From Minisyncoccota bacterium (GTDB lineage: Bacteria > Patescibacteriota > Minisyncoccia > Phycocordibacterales > UBA918): 53,904 nt of DNA. The position numbers and the translations under genes were made by a program. A model generated the notes under the pieces. That model was given only the letters and a program-made list of their open reading frames with translations, was not told the origin of the DNA and ran no database searches. Numbering within the stretch: the first letter of the stretch is position 1; each line of letters starts with the position of its first letter. The stretch is taken from NCBI GenBank assembly GCA_041389025.1, contig JAWKSP010000003.1, positions 70,065-123,968 of the forward strand, in the 5' to 3' direction. Below are positions 35,914 through 44,526 of the stretch, in pieces.

Positions 35914-36321
35914 GTGATGATGAAAAAAGTTCTTTTTGCTGCATTACTTTGTTGTATATTTTTAGTAGGTTGTGAATCAACTTCGATGTATGCGACGAAA
36001 AAAGATTTTGACGGTAAGCTTGTTTCTATTTCTGTTTCTGAGGATTATCAAGTTGTAACAAGTTTTGTTTCTGTTGATGCTGGTGACGGTCATCAACGGT
36101 TCAAATCTTCAGATCTTACGGAGCGGTTAAAAGCAGCAATTTTACCAGGAATAGCGCATGTTGCTAGAAATAGTTTTTACAATCGTGTTTATGACCAAAT
36201 TATGTTAGGTTGTGTTACAGCAACGATTACAGAACCAACAACAAAAGTTACGTTGTATTTACGTCATAAACCAGCGTGCAATGATCAGCAAATAATAAAG
36301 TTAGCTAATGCGCTTAAATAA
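35914..36321 (+). CDS. putative lipoprotein
   Basis: Signal peptide with lipobox (..IFLVGC ESTS..). AAGGGG SD. The true start may be ATG 35917 or 35920 rather than GTG 35914. Confidence 0.65.
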   Translation: MMMKKVLFAALLCCIFLVGCESTSMYATKKDFDGKLVSISVSEDYQVVTSFVSVDAGDGHQRFKSSDLTERLKAAILPGIAHVARNSFYNRVYDQIMLGCVTATITEPTTKVTLYLRHKPACNDQQIIKLANALK

Positions 36322-36348
36322 AGTGAGTTAATATCTAGTAAGTTAATT

Positions 36349-36382
36349 AAAACCAGTCAAAGTTTCGACTGGTTTTTCTTTT
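36349..36382 (+). terminator. intrinsic terminator
   Basis: AACCAGTC..GACTGGTT hairpin followed by TTTCTTTT. Confidence 0.7.
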
Positions 36383-36910
36383 AAAATTTTCTACACAAGC
36401 ATCAATTTAAGCGCTATATGAAGATTTGTAATAGTTATAGATGATACATATGTCATCTATGCGAATAAAAGCGCTTAGAACGCAATTTTGGGCCTTGTAG
36501 TAATATACGTTTATATATAGGGCTGAAATAGGATTTGAGTCAGATTTTAGCTAAAAAAGCCTTAAATTTGTGTTGTTTTGTAAATGGATTAATAAAGACA
36601 TAGAAAGTTAAGAGTAAATAAGAAGTAAATAAAAAGTTAGACGTGAAATAACATATAGGTATAGAGTCGCGTATAAACTTTATTGTGTGTAGAGGTAGAT
36701 TTAAATAGATAAGGAGGTCTATAAAGCCTAATCAATTAATCAATACTCAAGTTAATAACTACTATTTAAATACTTTGTTATGTCGCAAAAGATATATTGT
36801 GCGACATTGCAATATATATAAATATCGCTATAAATATAGCTTTCTTTTAATACACAATAGTGCCCTCGCCTACAATCAAGCAAGCCGCAATGGTCTTATG
36901 ATAATTTTTA

Positions 36911-37687
36911 TTAAATGAATTTACCACTTAATAATTCTTGCAAAAACTTATCATATTTATTTTTATGTTCAGTTAAAAAAATATTTCTAGTTTTATTTTT
37001 GCTCAATTTATTTTCAATTTCTGGATGGTTGTCTAAGTAACTTTTTAGCTTAGTTGGGATAATTTCATCTTGTGATAGGATTTTAAATTGCTCAGCATAC
37101 TTCCCTTGTAACTTTTCTTTTAAAACAGTGTAATGAGTACACCCTAGTACAATTCCTTCTTCTGAGTTTTTTCTTTGTTCGATAATTTTTACAACATTTT
37201 CTAGAGCCTTATCGTTTTCTAAATTTTCTATCAAAAGTACAAGCTCTGGAGTTGCTATTGATGTGAGTTTGACTTCATAGTTTTTTTTAACAATTTCTTG
37301 TTCATATTTTTGTGAATTTATAGTACGTTTGGTTCCAATTAAGATACTGCTTTTTATGTTTTGTTCAATTAAAGCTTCAATAGTTGGTATTATAACCCCA
37401 AGAACTTTTTTATTGGAATGTTGGTGTGGTAGGTATTCTTTTTGTAATTTACGTAGCGTCTCTGCCGAGGCCGTGTTGCAGGCTACTATCACCAGTGTGC
37501 AGTTTTTTGCAAATAAGTTCTCTATTCCTTGAATGGTTAATTGATAAATTTCATCTTCAGTTTTGTCACCGTATGGTAGATTAGCTGTATCACCATAAAA
37601 CTCATAATCATAGTCAGGAAGAAGTTTTGTAACAGCTGAAAGTATAGTTAGTCCACCAAGTCCAGAATCAAAAAAACCGATTTTCAT
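36911..37687 (-). CDS. murI: glutamate racemase
   Basis: FFDSGLGGLT, VIVACNTASA and GCTHY motifs (two catalytic Cys). Confidence 0.93.
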   Translation of the reverse strand: MKIGFFDSGLGGLTILSAVTKLLPDYDYEFYGDTANLPYGDKTEDEIYQLTIQGIENLFAKNCTLVIVACNTASAETLRKLQKEYLPHQHSNKKVLGVIIPTIEALIEQNIKSSILIGTKRTINSQKYEQEIVKKNYEVKLTSIATPELVLLIENLENDKALENVVKIIEQRKNSEEGIVLGCTHYTVLKEKLQGKYAEQFKILSQDEIIPTKLKSYLDNHPEIENKLSKNKTRNIFLTEHKNKYDKFLQELLSGKFI

Positions 37688-37713
37688 AATTTTATAAATA
37701 AATATATATGAGT

Positions 37714-38184
37714 CTAAACTTTCTTATTACCTAGTTTTACAATTGCGTCGTAATGTTTTTTACTGATTGGCATAACAGACAATCTATTTCCTTTTTTAAC
37801 CAAAGCAAGATCTGAAAAAATGCTATTTGCTTTAAGTTCTTCTAATGTTACCGTTCGGTTAAATTTACTTACGAATTTAACCGTTGAGCCAAGCCAGCGA
37901 GGGTTATTTTTGGTTGATTTTGAATCGTAGTGTTTGTTGTTTTCATCAAATTGAGTTTTATCTACCATAGTCTCCTTTGAAACTTCCATCTCCCCCACTA
38001 CCCCGATTTCTTTGGTGCTGGAGTGATAAAAAAGCGCTTTGTCACCAATTGTAAATTCATCACGAAACATATTTCGAACTTGATAATTTCTAACCCCATC
38101 CCAAAATTCTTCCTTTCTTTTGGCTAAGTCGTCAATTGAAAATTCACTTGGTTCACTTTTCATTAGCCAATATTGTTTTTTCAT
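37714..38184 (-). CDS. EVE (PUA-like) domain protein
   Basis: MKKQYWLMKSEPSEFSIDDL..WDGVRNYQVRN..ALFYHS.. is typical of EVE/DUF55. I place the start at ATG 38184, because the longer ORF (to 38310) would run through the upstream terminator. Confidence 0.75.
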   Translation of the reverse strand: MKKQYWLMKSEPSEFSIDDLAKRKEEFWDGVRNYQVRNMFRDEFTIGDKALFYHSSTKEIGVVGEMEVSKETMVDKTQFDENNKHYDSKSTKNNPRWLGSTVKFVSKFNRTVTLEELKANSIFSDLALVKKGNRLSVMPISKKHYDAIVKLGNKKV

Positions 38185-38220
38185 GTTTTTTGTTCTTATG
38201 GTAAATTTTATCATAGATTT

Positions 38221-38257
38221 AAAAATGAGTGGCGCCCTTAGGCGCCACTCATTTTTT
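38221..38257. terminator. 16-bp-stem bidirectional terminator
   Basis: AAAAATGAGTGGCGCC CTTA GGCGCCACTCATTTTT, immediately after the stop of the 38259..38687 gene. Confidence 0.85.
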
Positions 38258-38258
38258 A

Positions 38259-38687
38259 TTAAATATTCATCGCTACATGTTTGCCCCAACATGGAGCTGA
38301 AGCGCTCCATGGTTGAGTTCCCTGTTTATCGTATAGATATTGGGCATAAGCCATGTTATCGTAAATATTATCTAGGTTTAAATCTAATGAGATAGCAGTC
38401 TTCTCATGATAACGTTTGTTGATCTGCATAACACCAGTGTCAGCTGGATCAACACGTCCTTGAAGTACTCTACCATCGCTAAGAGTGTGACGGAACGTCG
38501 ATTCACATCGAGCAATCTCAATCATAATCGGTGTGTCCTTAAAGTATGAACGAACAATTTGTTCAGTATCAGATAAATCAGACTTTGTAGTCATCTCTAT
38601 CATTTTATCACCTTCGATTTGACCATATGCGATTCCTTCCGGAACCACGGTCTGGATTGACGTTACCGTCAAAACCGCAAGAATCAC
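38259..38687 (-). CDS. lysozyme-like / lytic transglycosylase-like protein with short N-terminal hydrophobic segment
   Basis: ..IARCESTFRH.. (catalytic Glu context) and ..GVMQIN.. resemble SLT/goose-lysozyme-fold enzymes. GTG start, with no in-frame ATG available. Confidence 0.6.
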   Translation of the reverse strand: MILAVLTVTSIQTVVPEGIAYGQIEGDKMIEMTTKSDLSDTEQIVRSYFKDTPIMIEIARCESTFRHTLSDGRVLQGRVDPADTGVMQINKRYHEKTAISLDLNLDNIYDNMAYAQYLYDKQGTQPWSASAPCWGKHVAMNI

Positions 38688-38779
38688 GGTCGATATAATA
38701 AGCCAGTTGTCTTATCTAACAAATATCAGCTGCTAAGCTGATAACCGCAAAATAATAACATAAATTACGGATTTTTATT

Positions 38780-38808
38780 AGTATACCATAAAACTATCAT
38801 TTAGTCAA
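38780..38808 (-). promoter_or_regulatory. strong sigma70 promoter for the lysozyme-like gene
   Basis: TTGACT (38808-38803), 17 nt, TGgTATACT (hexamer 38785-38780). Leaves an about 86-nt leader. Confidence 0.6.
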
Positions 38809-38868
38809 TGAATATGGTCAAATAGAATTATTTTTTGGAGAAAAAATGCTTATTTAAAGCCGTGAATA

Positions 38869-39714
38869 CTAGAGTCCGGATTGTTTTAGCAAAACCATAG
38901 CTCCTTGCAGACCGGCTTGGTCGCCGAGACTAGAAACAGTAATAAATGGTGATGGGACAAAACCGTTTAAGACCTCAACCGTATATTTCCTAATATCTTC
39001 AATTTGAATTTTTGGGTTACCAAGAATCATTGCACCACCAAGCACTATAACATCAGGCGACCAATATAAAATACTATTTCTAAGACCATGAGCTAAATAC
39101 TCGGCTAATTCATTCCAAAGCATATCTTCTTGAGGCACTTCATAAGCCTTACTACCGATTCTCGCTTCAACTCCAGCTCCTGACACAAGGTTATCTAAAG
39201 TGGGTGAAATGTCAGCTCCTAATATAGTGCGGTCGATGTCTAAAATTTGTTGACCCGGATCAAAACCAAAAGTCGCTGTATCAATTTTACCGTTTTCAAT
39301 TCTTATTCCTCCAATTCCGGTACTAATACTATGATAAACTACAATGTCCAGCCCCTTCCCTACACCAATTGAAGCCTCACCAAGACCAGCTAAGGCAGTG
39401 TCATTTTCTAAAAGTACTGGAGCTTTAAATTCTTTCTCTAAAGTTTCGGTCAATGGTTTTTTAGCCCAATCAGCTAAAATGGAATCATTTTCGATACCAG
39501 AACGTTCTTCATTCAAAAGACCTCTTATGCCAACTGCTATTCCCTGTATTTTCCCCTTTAATTTTAAAGTTGCAACTTCCTTTTTTATATTATCTATACC
39601 GGTTTTAAAAGTTGAAGCAGTTTTAAAACTTTTAACAGCATTTAATTTTTGTAGATTATCAGAAAAAGCGACTTGGGTTTTGCTGCCACCAATATCTATA
39701 AGTAAATATGACAT
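38869..39714 (-). CDS. ROK-family sugar kinase (glucokinase-like)
   Basis: N-terminal LLIDIGGSKT ATP-binding loop and ..LENDTALAGLGE.. ROK-type motif. Confidence 0.78.
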   Translation of the reverse strand: MSYLLIDIGGSKTQVAFSDNLQKLNAVKSFKTASTFKTGIDNIKKEVATLKLKGKIQGIAVGIRGLLNEERSGIENDSILADWAKKPLTETLEKEFKAPVLLENDTALAGLGEASIGVGKGLDIVVYHSISTGIGGIRIENGKIDTATFGFDPGQQILDIDRTILGADISPTLDNLVSGAGVEARIGSKAYEVPQEDMLWNELAEYLAHGLRNSILYWSPDVIVLGGAMILGNPKIQIEDIRKYTVEVLNGFVPSPFITVSSLGDQAGLQGAMVLLKQSGL

Positions 39715-39717
39715 AAG

Positions 39718-40458
39718 CTATACTTGTCTTATATTTTTGCAATCAACATTTTTTGTAATGTATTTAAATGCATCATCAACATTATCTACAACATGAAAAA
39801 TATCCATATCAGCTTTGTCTATAGTTTTGTATTTTTTAATTAGATCTTTTTCAAACCATTTTAATAACGGTTCCCAGTAACCTTTACCGTAGAGTATTAC
39901 AGGTATTGGTTCAATCTTTTTGGTTTGAATCAAGGTAATGATTTCAAAGAATTCGTCTAAGGTACCAAAACCACCTGGGAAGTAAACATAAACTTCAGAG
40001 GCAAAAGTTAGCATAACTTTGCGAGAAAAAAAGAAATCAAAATTTAAAGACTCGGTGGTGTAAGGGTTTAATTTTTGTTCAAAAGGTAACTTTATATTTA
40101 GACCAATTGACTTACCTCCAACTTTAAAAGCGCCAACGTTTGACGCCTCCATAATACCTGGTCCTCCACCGGAAATAATGGTAAAGCCTTTTTTGGCGAG
40201 TTTAGCAGCCAATTCCTCAGCTTCTTTATAGTAATGGTCGTCTGGGTTGGTTCTAGCGCTACCCCAAAAGGTGGCAGCTAAACCGTAATCTCTAAGCAAC
40301 TCAAAACCTTGAACAAACTCTGACATGATTCTAAATACTCGCCATGACTGAACTGCTCCGTCTTGTCCTTTTGGATCTAGAAGCTCATTAATTACTCGTG
40401 GAGTTTTACTTTTTCCTTTACTATTTTTTTTCTTTGGACTAAACATATCTTTGAACAT
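39718..40458 (-). CDS. LOG-family (TIGR00730) nucleotide phosphoribohydrolase
   Basis: ISGGGPGIMEA and PGGFGTLDEFFE motifs. Confidence 0.85.
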   Translation of the reverse strand: MFKDMFSPKKKNSKGKSKTPRVINELLDPKGQDGAVQSWRVFRIMSEFVQGFELLRDYGLAATFWGSARTNPDDHYYKEAEELAAKLAKKGFTIISGGGPGIMEASNVGAFKVGGKSIGLNIKLPFEQKLNPYTTESLNFDFFFSRKVMLTFASEVYVYFPGGFGTLDEFFEIITLIQTKKIEPIPVILYGKGYWEPLLKWFEKDLIKKYKTIDKADMDIFHVVDNVDDAFKYITKNVDCKNIRQV

Positions 40459-40478
40459 ATAAAACTAATTGTACACCA

Positions 40479-41075
40479 TTAAGAAAGCCAAGGAATTTCA
40501 AGTTGTTCAAATTCGGGGAGAAGTTTTTTGTCATAAAGCAATCGTGATGTCACTTCAGCATGTGATAAGGCACCGGTTAAAGCATTGTGTGGCTCCGGCT
40601 CGTCTTCTATTCCACAATAATTTAATATAGCATCTAGATTTAAAGCACTCCGACGGTGTTGTTCGTCAATGGGCGGTTTCAAATCCCTTTTAATCATATG
40701 CATCCAGCACATGGTGTGAGTGTCTAAAGTACGATGTGCCATGTCCCACGGTATATCAGCGCGGTCACAGGCGGCTTTTAGCATATCTCGATCAAAAGAA
40801 ACATTTTGCCCAACTAGAGTACGATCATTCATGTGCTGTGACCATTCCATAAAAGACCGCACCAGATCGGCTTCAGTTGGTTTGGTCTTGTCTTTTAATT
40901 GCTCTTCGGTAAAACCAATTATTTCTAAGGCTTCCTCCATCATATGTGCGCCGTCCCAGATTCGACATTCGCCATAGAAACGATTATCAGGATTGTCAAA
41001 ATCCAAAGCCCCAATTGAAACAATAGAGTGTTTTTGGTAATTAGTTCCTGAGGCTTCTATGTCAATAATAATCAT
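40479..41075 (-). CDS. DEDD-type 3'-5' exonuclease domain protein
   Basis: IIIDIEASG (DxE), GQNVSFDRDML (Exo II) and HNALTGALSHAEV (Exo III-like). Confidence 0.72.
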   Translation of the reverse strand: MIIIDIEASGTNYQKHSIVSIGALDFDNPDNRFYGECRIWDGAHMMEEALEIIGFTEEQLKDKTKPTEADLVRSFMEWSQHMNDRTLVGQNVSFDRDMLKAACDRADIPWDMAHRTLDTHTMCWMHMIKRDLKPPIDEQHRRSALNLDAILNYCGIEDEPEPHNALTGALSHAEVTSRLLYDKKLLPEFEQLEIPWLS

Positions 41076-41089
41076 AATGTAATAATCTT

Positions 41090-41899
41090 TTAATTTTGGT
41101 GTTTAATAGACTGGATTCTATCATATTTGTCGTATTCATAAGCAATTGCTGCTCCGTAATAGATAAGTGAAGCCAATATATAAACCCACAATAATAGCAC
41201 TAAAATAAGTCCAGCTGCACCATAAACGTTTAAACCTGACACACTAGCGACATAAACCCCAATGGTGCTTTTGGTGATAATAAACAGTGTTGAAGATATG
41301 ACTGCACCAACCAAGCAGCCTTTCCAGCTTGGGGCATTGTCAGCTAAAAATTTAAATAAAATAACAAAAAAAGCTGAGGTGCTGATAAAAAGAAAGACGG
41401 TTGGAATTATATGGTAACTTCTTAAATCATTAGAGATTAAAAAAAGTTCAAAACCAATAACTATTATTAAGTATAATTGAAATATTAAAATAAATAAAAA
41501 TGAACGCTGACTTTTTTTAAGCCAGTTCCTAAAACCTAAACTTTGGTTTTGCCACAAGCGATGAAAACCATTAGCTAATACATTAAGAGCTAATATGCTA
41601 ATACTCAAAAAGAAAATAATTCCAACTATCGGCCAAGCAAAAGACTCGGTTTCTTGTCTCAAATTACTTAGGGCACTTTTTATTAAATCAACAATATCTT
41701 GACTGAGTACTCCTGCCCAATCAGTAAGGATTTGTCTAGTAACGTTTTCTCCATAAATTATCCCAACTAAACTAATAGAAAACAGTAAAATAGGAACTAT
41801 TGCCAACGGTGCATAGTAAGAAAAAGCGGCTGCGTATGATTTCATATCAGACTTATACCAGCGTTTAGCTGAATCAACCAGTAAATTTACTAAGTTCAT
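41090..41899 (-). CDS. YihY/BrkB-family membrane protein
   Basis: ..AAAFSYYAPLAIVPILLF.. and a 6-TM profile typical of YihY. Confidence 0.72.
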   Translation of the reverse strand: MNLVNLLVDSAKRWYKSDMKSYAAAFSYYAPLAIVPILLFSISLVGIIYGENVTRQILTDWAGVLSQDIVDLIKSALSNLRQETESFAWPIVGIIFFLSISILALNVLANGFHRLWQNQSLGFRNWLKKSQRSFLFILIFQLYLIIVIGFELFLISNDLRSYHIIPTVFLFISTSAFFVILFKFLADNAPSWKGCLVGAVISSTLFIITKSTIGVYVASVSGLNVYGAAGLILVLLLWVYILASLIYYGAAIAYEYDKYDRIQSIKHQN

Positions 41900-41912
41900 G
41901 TTTGTTACTATA

Positions 41913-42317
41913 TTATAACCCAGAACAATTCATAGCTTTGGTATAACCGGCCGCTTTAGCGGCTTCAACTGTGGGAAAAGTAATTAAATTTTCAGGTTTT
42001 ATGCGTTTTGCTCCTGAACAAGTGCTTAGATAGTAACGAGTACCGTTTTTTGAAGCAACAACTCCTGTTTTGTTTATGTTACTTTCATTTATTACTTTGG
42101 CAACAGGAGTCGTTTCTAGGTTGGCGGTAGCGGCTGAGGCGGTTTGAGGTTGGTTCTCAGTTTTAATTTCAGTAAAATGAACTCTGTTTGTTTGGTTATC
42201 TTCGGTGTTTTTAACTGACATCTGACCAAGATTGAACGATAATCCAGCCATCAGAATAACCAAAACACCATAAAATATCTGATCGTTTAGTAAATAGGAC
42301 TTGAGTTTTTCTTTCAT
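41913..42317 (-). CDS. membrane-anchored protein with Ada-like metal-binding (sunset-type) C-terminal motif
   Basis: Start set at ATG 42317 (MKEKLKSY..), because the longer ORF overlaps rpmA. C-terminal [38 protein letters not shown]. Confidence 0.5.
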   Translation of the reverse strand: MKEKLKSYLLNDQIFYGVLVILMAGLSFNLGQMSVKNTEDNQTNRVHFTEIKTENQPQTASAATANLETTPVAKVINESNINKTGVVASKNGTRYYLSTCSGAKRIKPENLITFPTVEAAKAAGYTKAMNCSGL

Positions 42318-42360
42318 ATGTCGTATACTCCGCGCATTAAAGTATTTATTATTATATCGT

Positions 42361-42636
42361 ATGGCAACCAAAAAAGCTGGCGGTACCGCCAAGAACCTGC
42401 GTGATTCGCAGCCAAAATATCTCGGAGTAAAAAGAACCGATGGACAATCAGTTAAAGCTGGTCAAATAATCGTGCGTCAGCGTGGCACCAAAATCCAAGC
42501 CGGACAAGGTGTATACGTCGGAAAAGACCATACTTTACACGCAGCGGTAGCTGGTAAAGTATCTTTTAAAAATATCCGCAAGACTAACTTTGATGGTCGT
42601 AAAGTGACCAAAAAAGCAGTTGAAGTAGTAGCTTAG
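42361..42636 (+). CDS. rpmA: 50S ribosomal protein L27
   Basis: [45 protein letters not shown]. Start at ATG 42361, not the ORF-track TTG. Confidence 0.93.
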   Translation: MATKKAGGTAKNLRDSQPKYLGVKRTDGQSVKAGQIIVRQRGTKIQAGQGVYVGKDHTLHAAVAGKVSFKNIRKTNFDGRKVTKKAVEVVA

Positions 42637-42666
42637 TTTTTAATTTGTATACAAACAATACAAAAT

Positions 42667-42693
42667 AAAAAAATCGCCGTTTGGCGATTTTTT
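42667..42693 (+). terminator. intrinsic terminator after rpmA
   Basis: AAAAAATCGCC GTTT GGCGATTTTTT. Confidence 0.85.
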
Positions 42694-42768
42694 GCTATTG
42701 CCAACTCTAAAATTTTGTAGTAGTTTTTGGGGTTGAAAGTATTGTTCAAATTCAAGAAGGAGCTGTAG

Positions 42769-43230
42769 ATGATTGAGAAAATAAGAATACCTCTATTTTT
42801 TATACTTGTTTCGTTAATTATTGCAAGTCCGTTTATTTTTATTTTGTTCTCCATCGTAGACGAATATGCTTGCAAAGGAGAAAGGTGTGATTTACAAATA
42901 GCGATTTGTCTTGCTGATACCGGTAATTCAACCGGTTCTGACCTGTACATGCGTTTCAACACTTTGCATACAGGCATGCCCTTTCACATAAAAATTAAAA
43001 AAGGAAAAACGTGTACAAGCGGAATCACTATCATTTCCCCTAGTCCCTATGAGAAGAATTTTTTTGAATTGAGACCGAGTGAAGGGGCGCTATTGCCTGA
43101 TCTGATAGCTATAGTTCGTGGAGCTGATGGTGAGGTTATTGAGACATTTAAGCTACCGGCTGAAATTCCTGTTCACATTATACTGATACATGGACCTGAA
43201 TCGCACCACAGTCACGATTTACTGATGTAA
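42769..43230 (+). CDS. hypothetical membrane-anchored protein
   Basis: AAGGAG, 6 nt, ATG. N-terminal TM helix. Preferred over the overlapping antisense ORF 42633..42977. Confidence 0.55.
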   Translation: MIEKIRIPLFFILVSLIIASPFIFILFSIVDEYACKGERCDLQIAICLADTGNSTGSDLYMRFNTLHTGMPFHIKIKKGKTCTSGITIISPSPYEKNFFELRPSEGALLPDLIAIVRGADGEVIETFKLPAEIPVHIILIHGPESHHSHDLLM

Positions 43231-43242
43231 ATTTTTCATTAC

Positions 43243-43284
43243 AAAAATCCCATTTTACCAAAAGGCAAACTGGGATTTTCTTTT
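43243..43284. terminator. hairpin between convergent genes
   Basis: AAAATCCCA..TGGGATTTT stem with an 18-nt loop, then a T-rich tail. Confidence 0.5.
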
Positions 43285-43301
43285 GTTTAGGTGTGGATTG
43301 A

Positions 43302-44009
43302 TTAGTTCCTCACTATCTCCACCTTTTCAATCACCACATTTTCTAGTGGCATATCAGCTGGATTAGTATCGACAATTGAAATTTTATCTACCACATCCAT
43401 ACCTTCAATCACTTGTCCAAAGACAGGGTGTTTTGAAGTTAGCGGTGGTTTATCAAAGTCCAAGTTGGTATTATCAGCTACGTTAATGAAAAATTGGCTA
43501 CCACCACTATTTGGGCCACTATTAGCCATTGAGATGGTACCGCGGATATTTGTTAAATGTTCACCGCTAATGTGTTCATCTGGGATACTGTAGCCTGGGC
43601 CACCGGTACCATAACGTAACACTTCATCAGTTTTAGTAATTGGATCACCTCCTTGAATCATAAATCCATCAATTACGCGATGAAACTTTATACCATCATA
43701 AAAGCCTTCTTCAGCCAGTTTTATAAAATTACCAGCGGTAATTGGCATAGTATCTTCATAAAGTTCGATTTGAAATACACCTTGATTAGTGGTGAATTTT
43801 GCAATTGGGTTGTTTTCGTTTGTCATATTTACATTATAAGCGGCTAATTGTTCGGGACTTAATGGAGCTGGTAATTCTCTGTCTATAGTAGAGTCGGTAA
43901 TACTGGTGGTGGTATTGTTATTTGGTGCCAACCAAAGGCTCATACCAACTATCAATACTAAACAACCAATAATAAGCGAAGCCACTGCAATAATATTATT
44001 TCTTGTCAT
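43302..44009 (-). CDS. cyclophilin-type peptidyl-prolyl isomerase with N-terminal TM anchor
   Basis: FHRVIDGFMIQGGDP and SMANSGPNSGGSQFFI motifs. ATG 44009 is preferred over the ORF-track TTG 44021. Confidence 0.9.
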   Translation of the reverse strand: MTRNNIIAVASLIIGCLVLIVGMSLWLAPNNNTTTSITDSTIDRELPAPLSPEQLAAYNVNMTNENNPIAKFTTNQGVFQIELYEDTMPITAGNFIKLAEEGFYDGIKFHRVIDGFMIQGGDPITKTDEVLRYGTGGPGYSIPDEHISGEHLTNIRGTISMANSGPNSGGSQFFINVADNTNLDFDKPPLTSKHPVFGQVIEGMDVVDKISIVDTNPADMPLENVVIEKVEIVRN

Positions 44010-44021
44010 AATAAAATACAA

Positions 44022-44465
44022 TTATTTATTATTCACTACAACAATAGGCAGCTTATAGGTGGTGTCGTGAAGTTTTAACGTCACAGAATGTTCACCGGCC
44101 TCCTTAATCGGTTTATCTATGACGATAGTATTTTCTGATAAGGTAATATCACAGTTTTTAGCAGCCATAACTATATCAGAGGCATGGATACTTTGAAATA
44201 AATGACCAATTTCATTTATTTCCGCTGGTATTTCTAGTGGTTTAGCGCAAAGTTTTTCAGCTTTGATCTTAAAATCAGCTAAGTCGGCTTCTCTGTTGGA
44301 AGCAGTTTTTGTTTTTTGTTTTTCAATTCTCTTCAAATTGGCGGGAGTGGCTGGTTCTGCATCTTTTTTTGGTATAAGTGAATTAAGAGCGTAACCATCA
44401 GGTATATTCACCACTTCAAACCTTCGCCCAATTTTTGCTACATCACGCAACAATATAACTTTCAT
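44022..44465 (-). CDS. rplI: 50S ribosomal protein L9
   Basis: MKVILLRDVAKIGRRFEVVNIPDGYALNSLIP, the L9 N-terminal signature. Confidence 0.92.
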   Translation of the reverse strand: MKVILLRDVAKIGRRFEVVNIPDGYALNSLIPKKDAEPATPANLKRIEKQKTKTASNREADLADFKIKAEKLCAKPLEIPAEINEIGHLFQSIHASDIVMAAKNCDITLSENTIVIDKPIKEAGEHSVTLKLHDTTYKLPIVVVNNK

Positions 44466-44526
44466 ATTTTGTATTTTTTTTGATAAACCTTTGTAAAGCT
44501 ATGCCATGATAGCAAAATAAAGATAA

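Noticed and set aside
36590-36660. Short AT-rich repeats (AGTAAATAA twice) as a degenerate CRISPR or iteron array
   Set aside because: There are only two short low-complexity copies with irregular spacing. This is expected by chance in very AT-rich DNA.
36322-36910. Replication origin in the 590-bp gap
   Set aside because: No DnaA-box-like 9-mers were seen, and no dnaA or dnaN lies nearby. dnaB is 10 kb away and unrelated to oriC position.
42633-42977. Minus-strand ORF (114 aa) overlapping the rpmA terminator
   Set aside because: It runs through the rpmA terminator hairpin, lacks an SD or promoter, and overlaps the better-supported plus-strand ORF 42769..43230.
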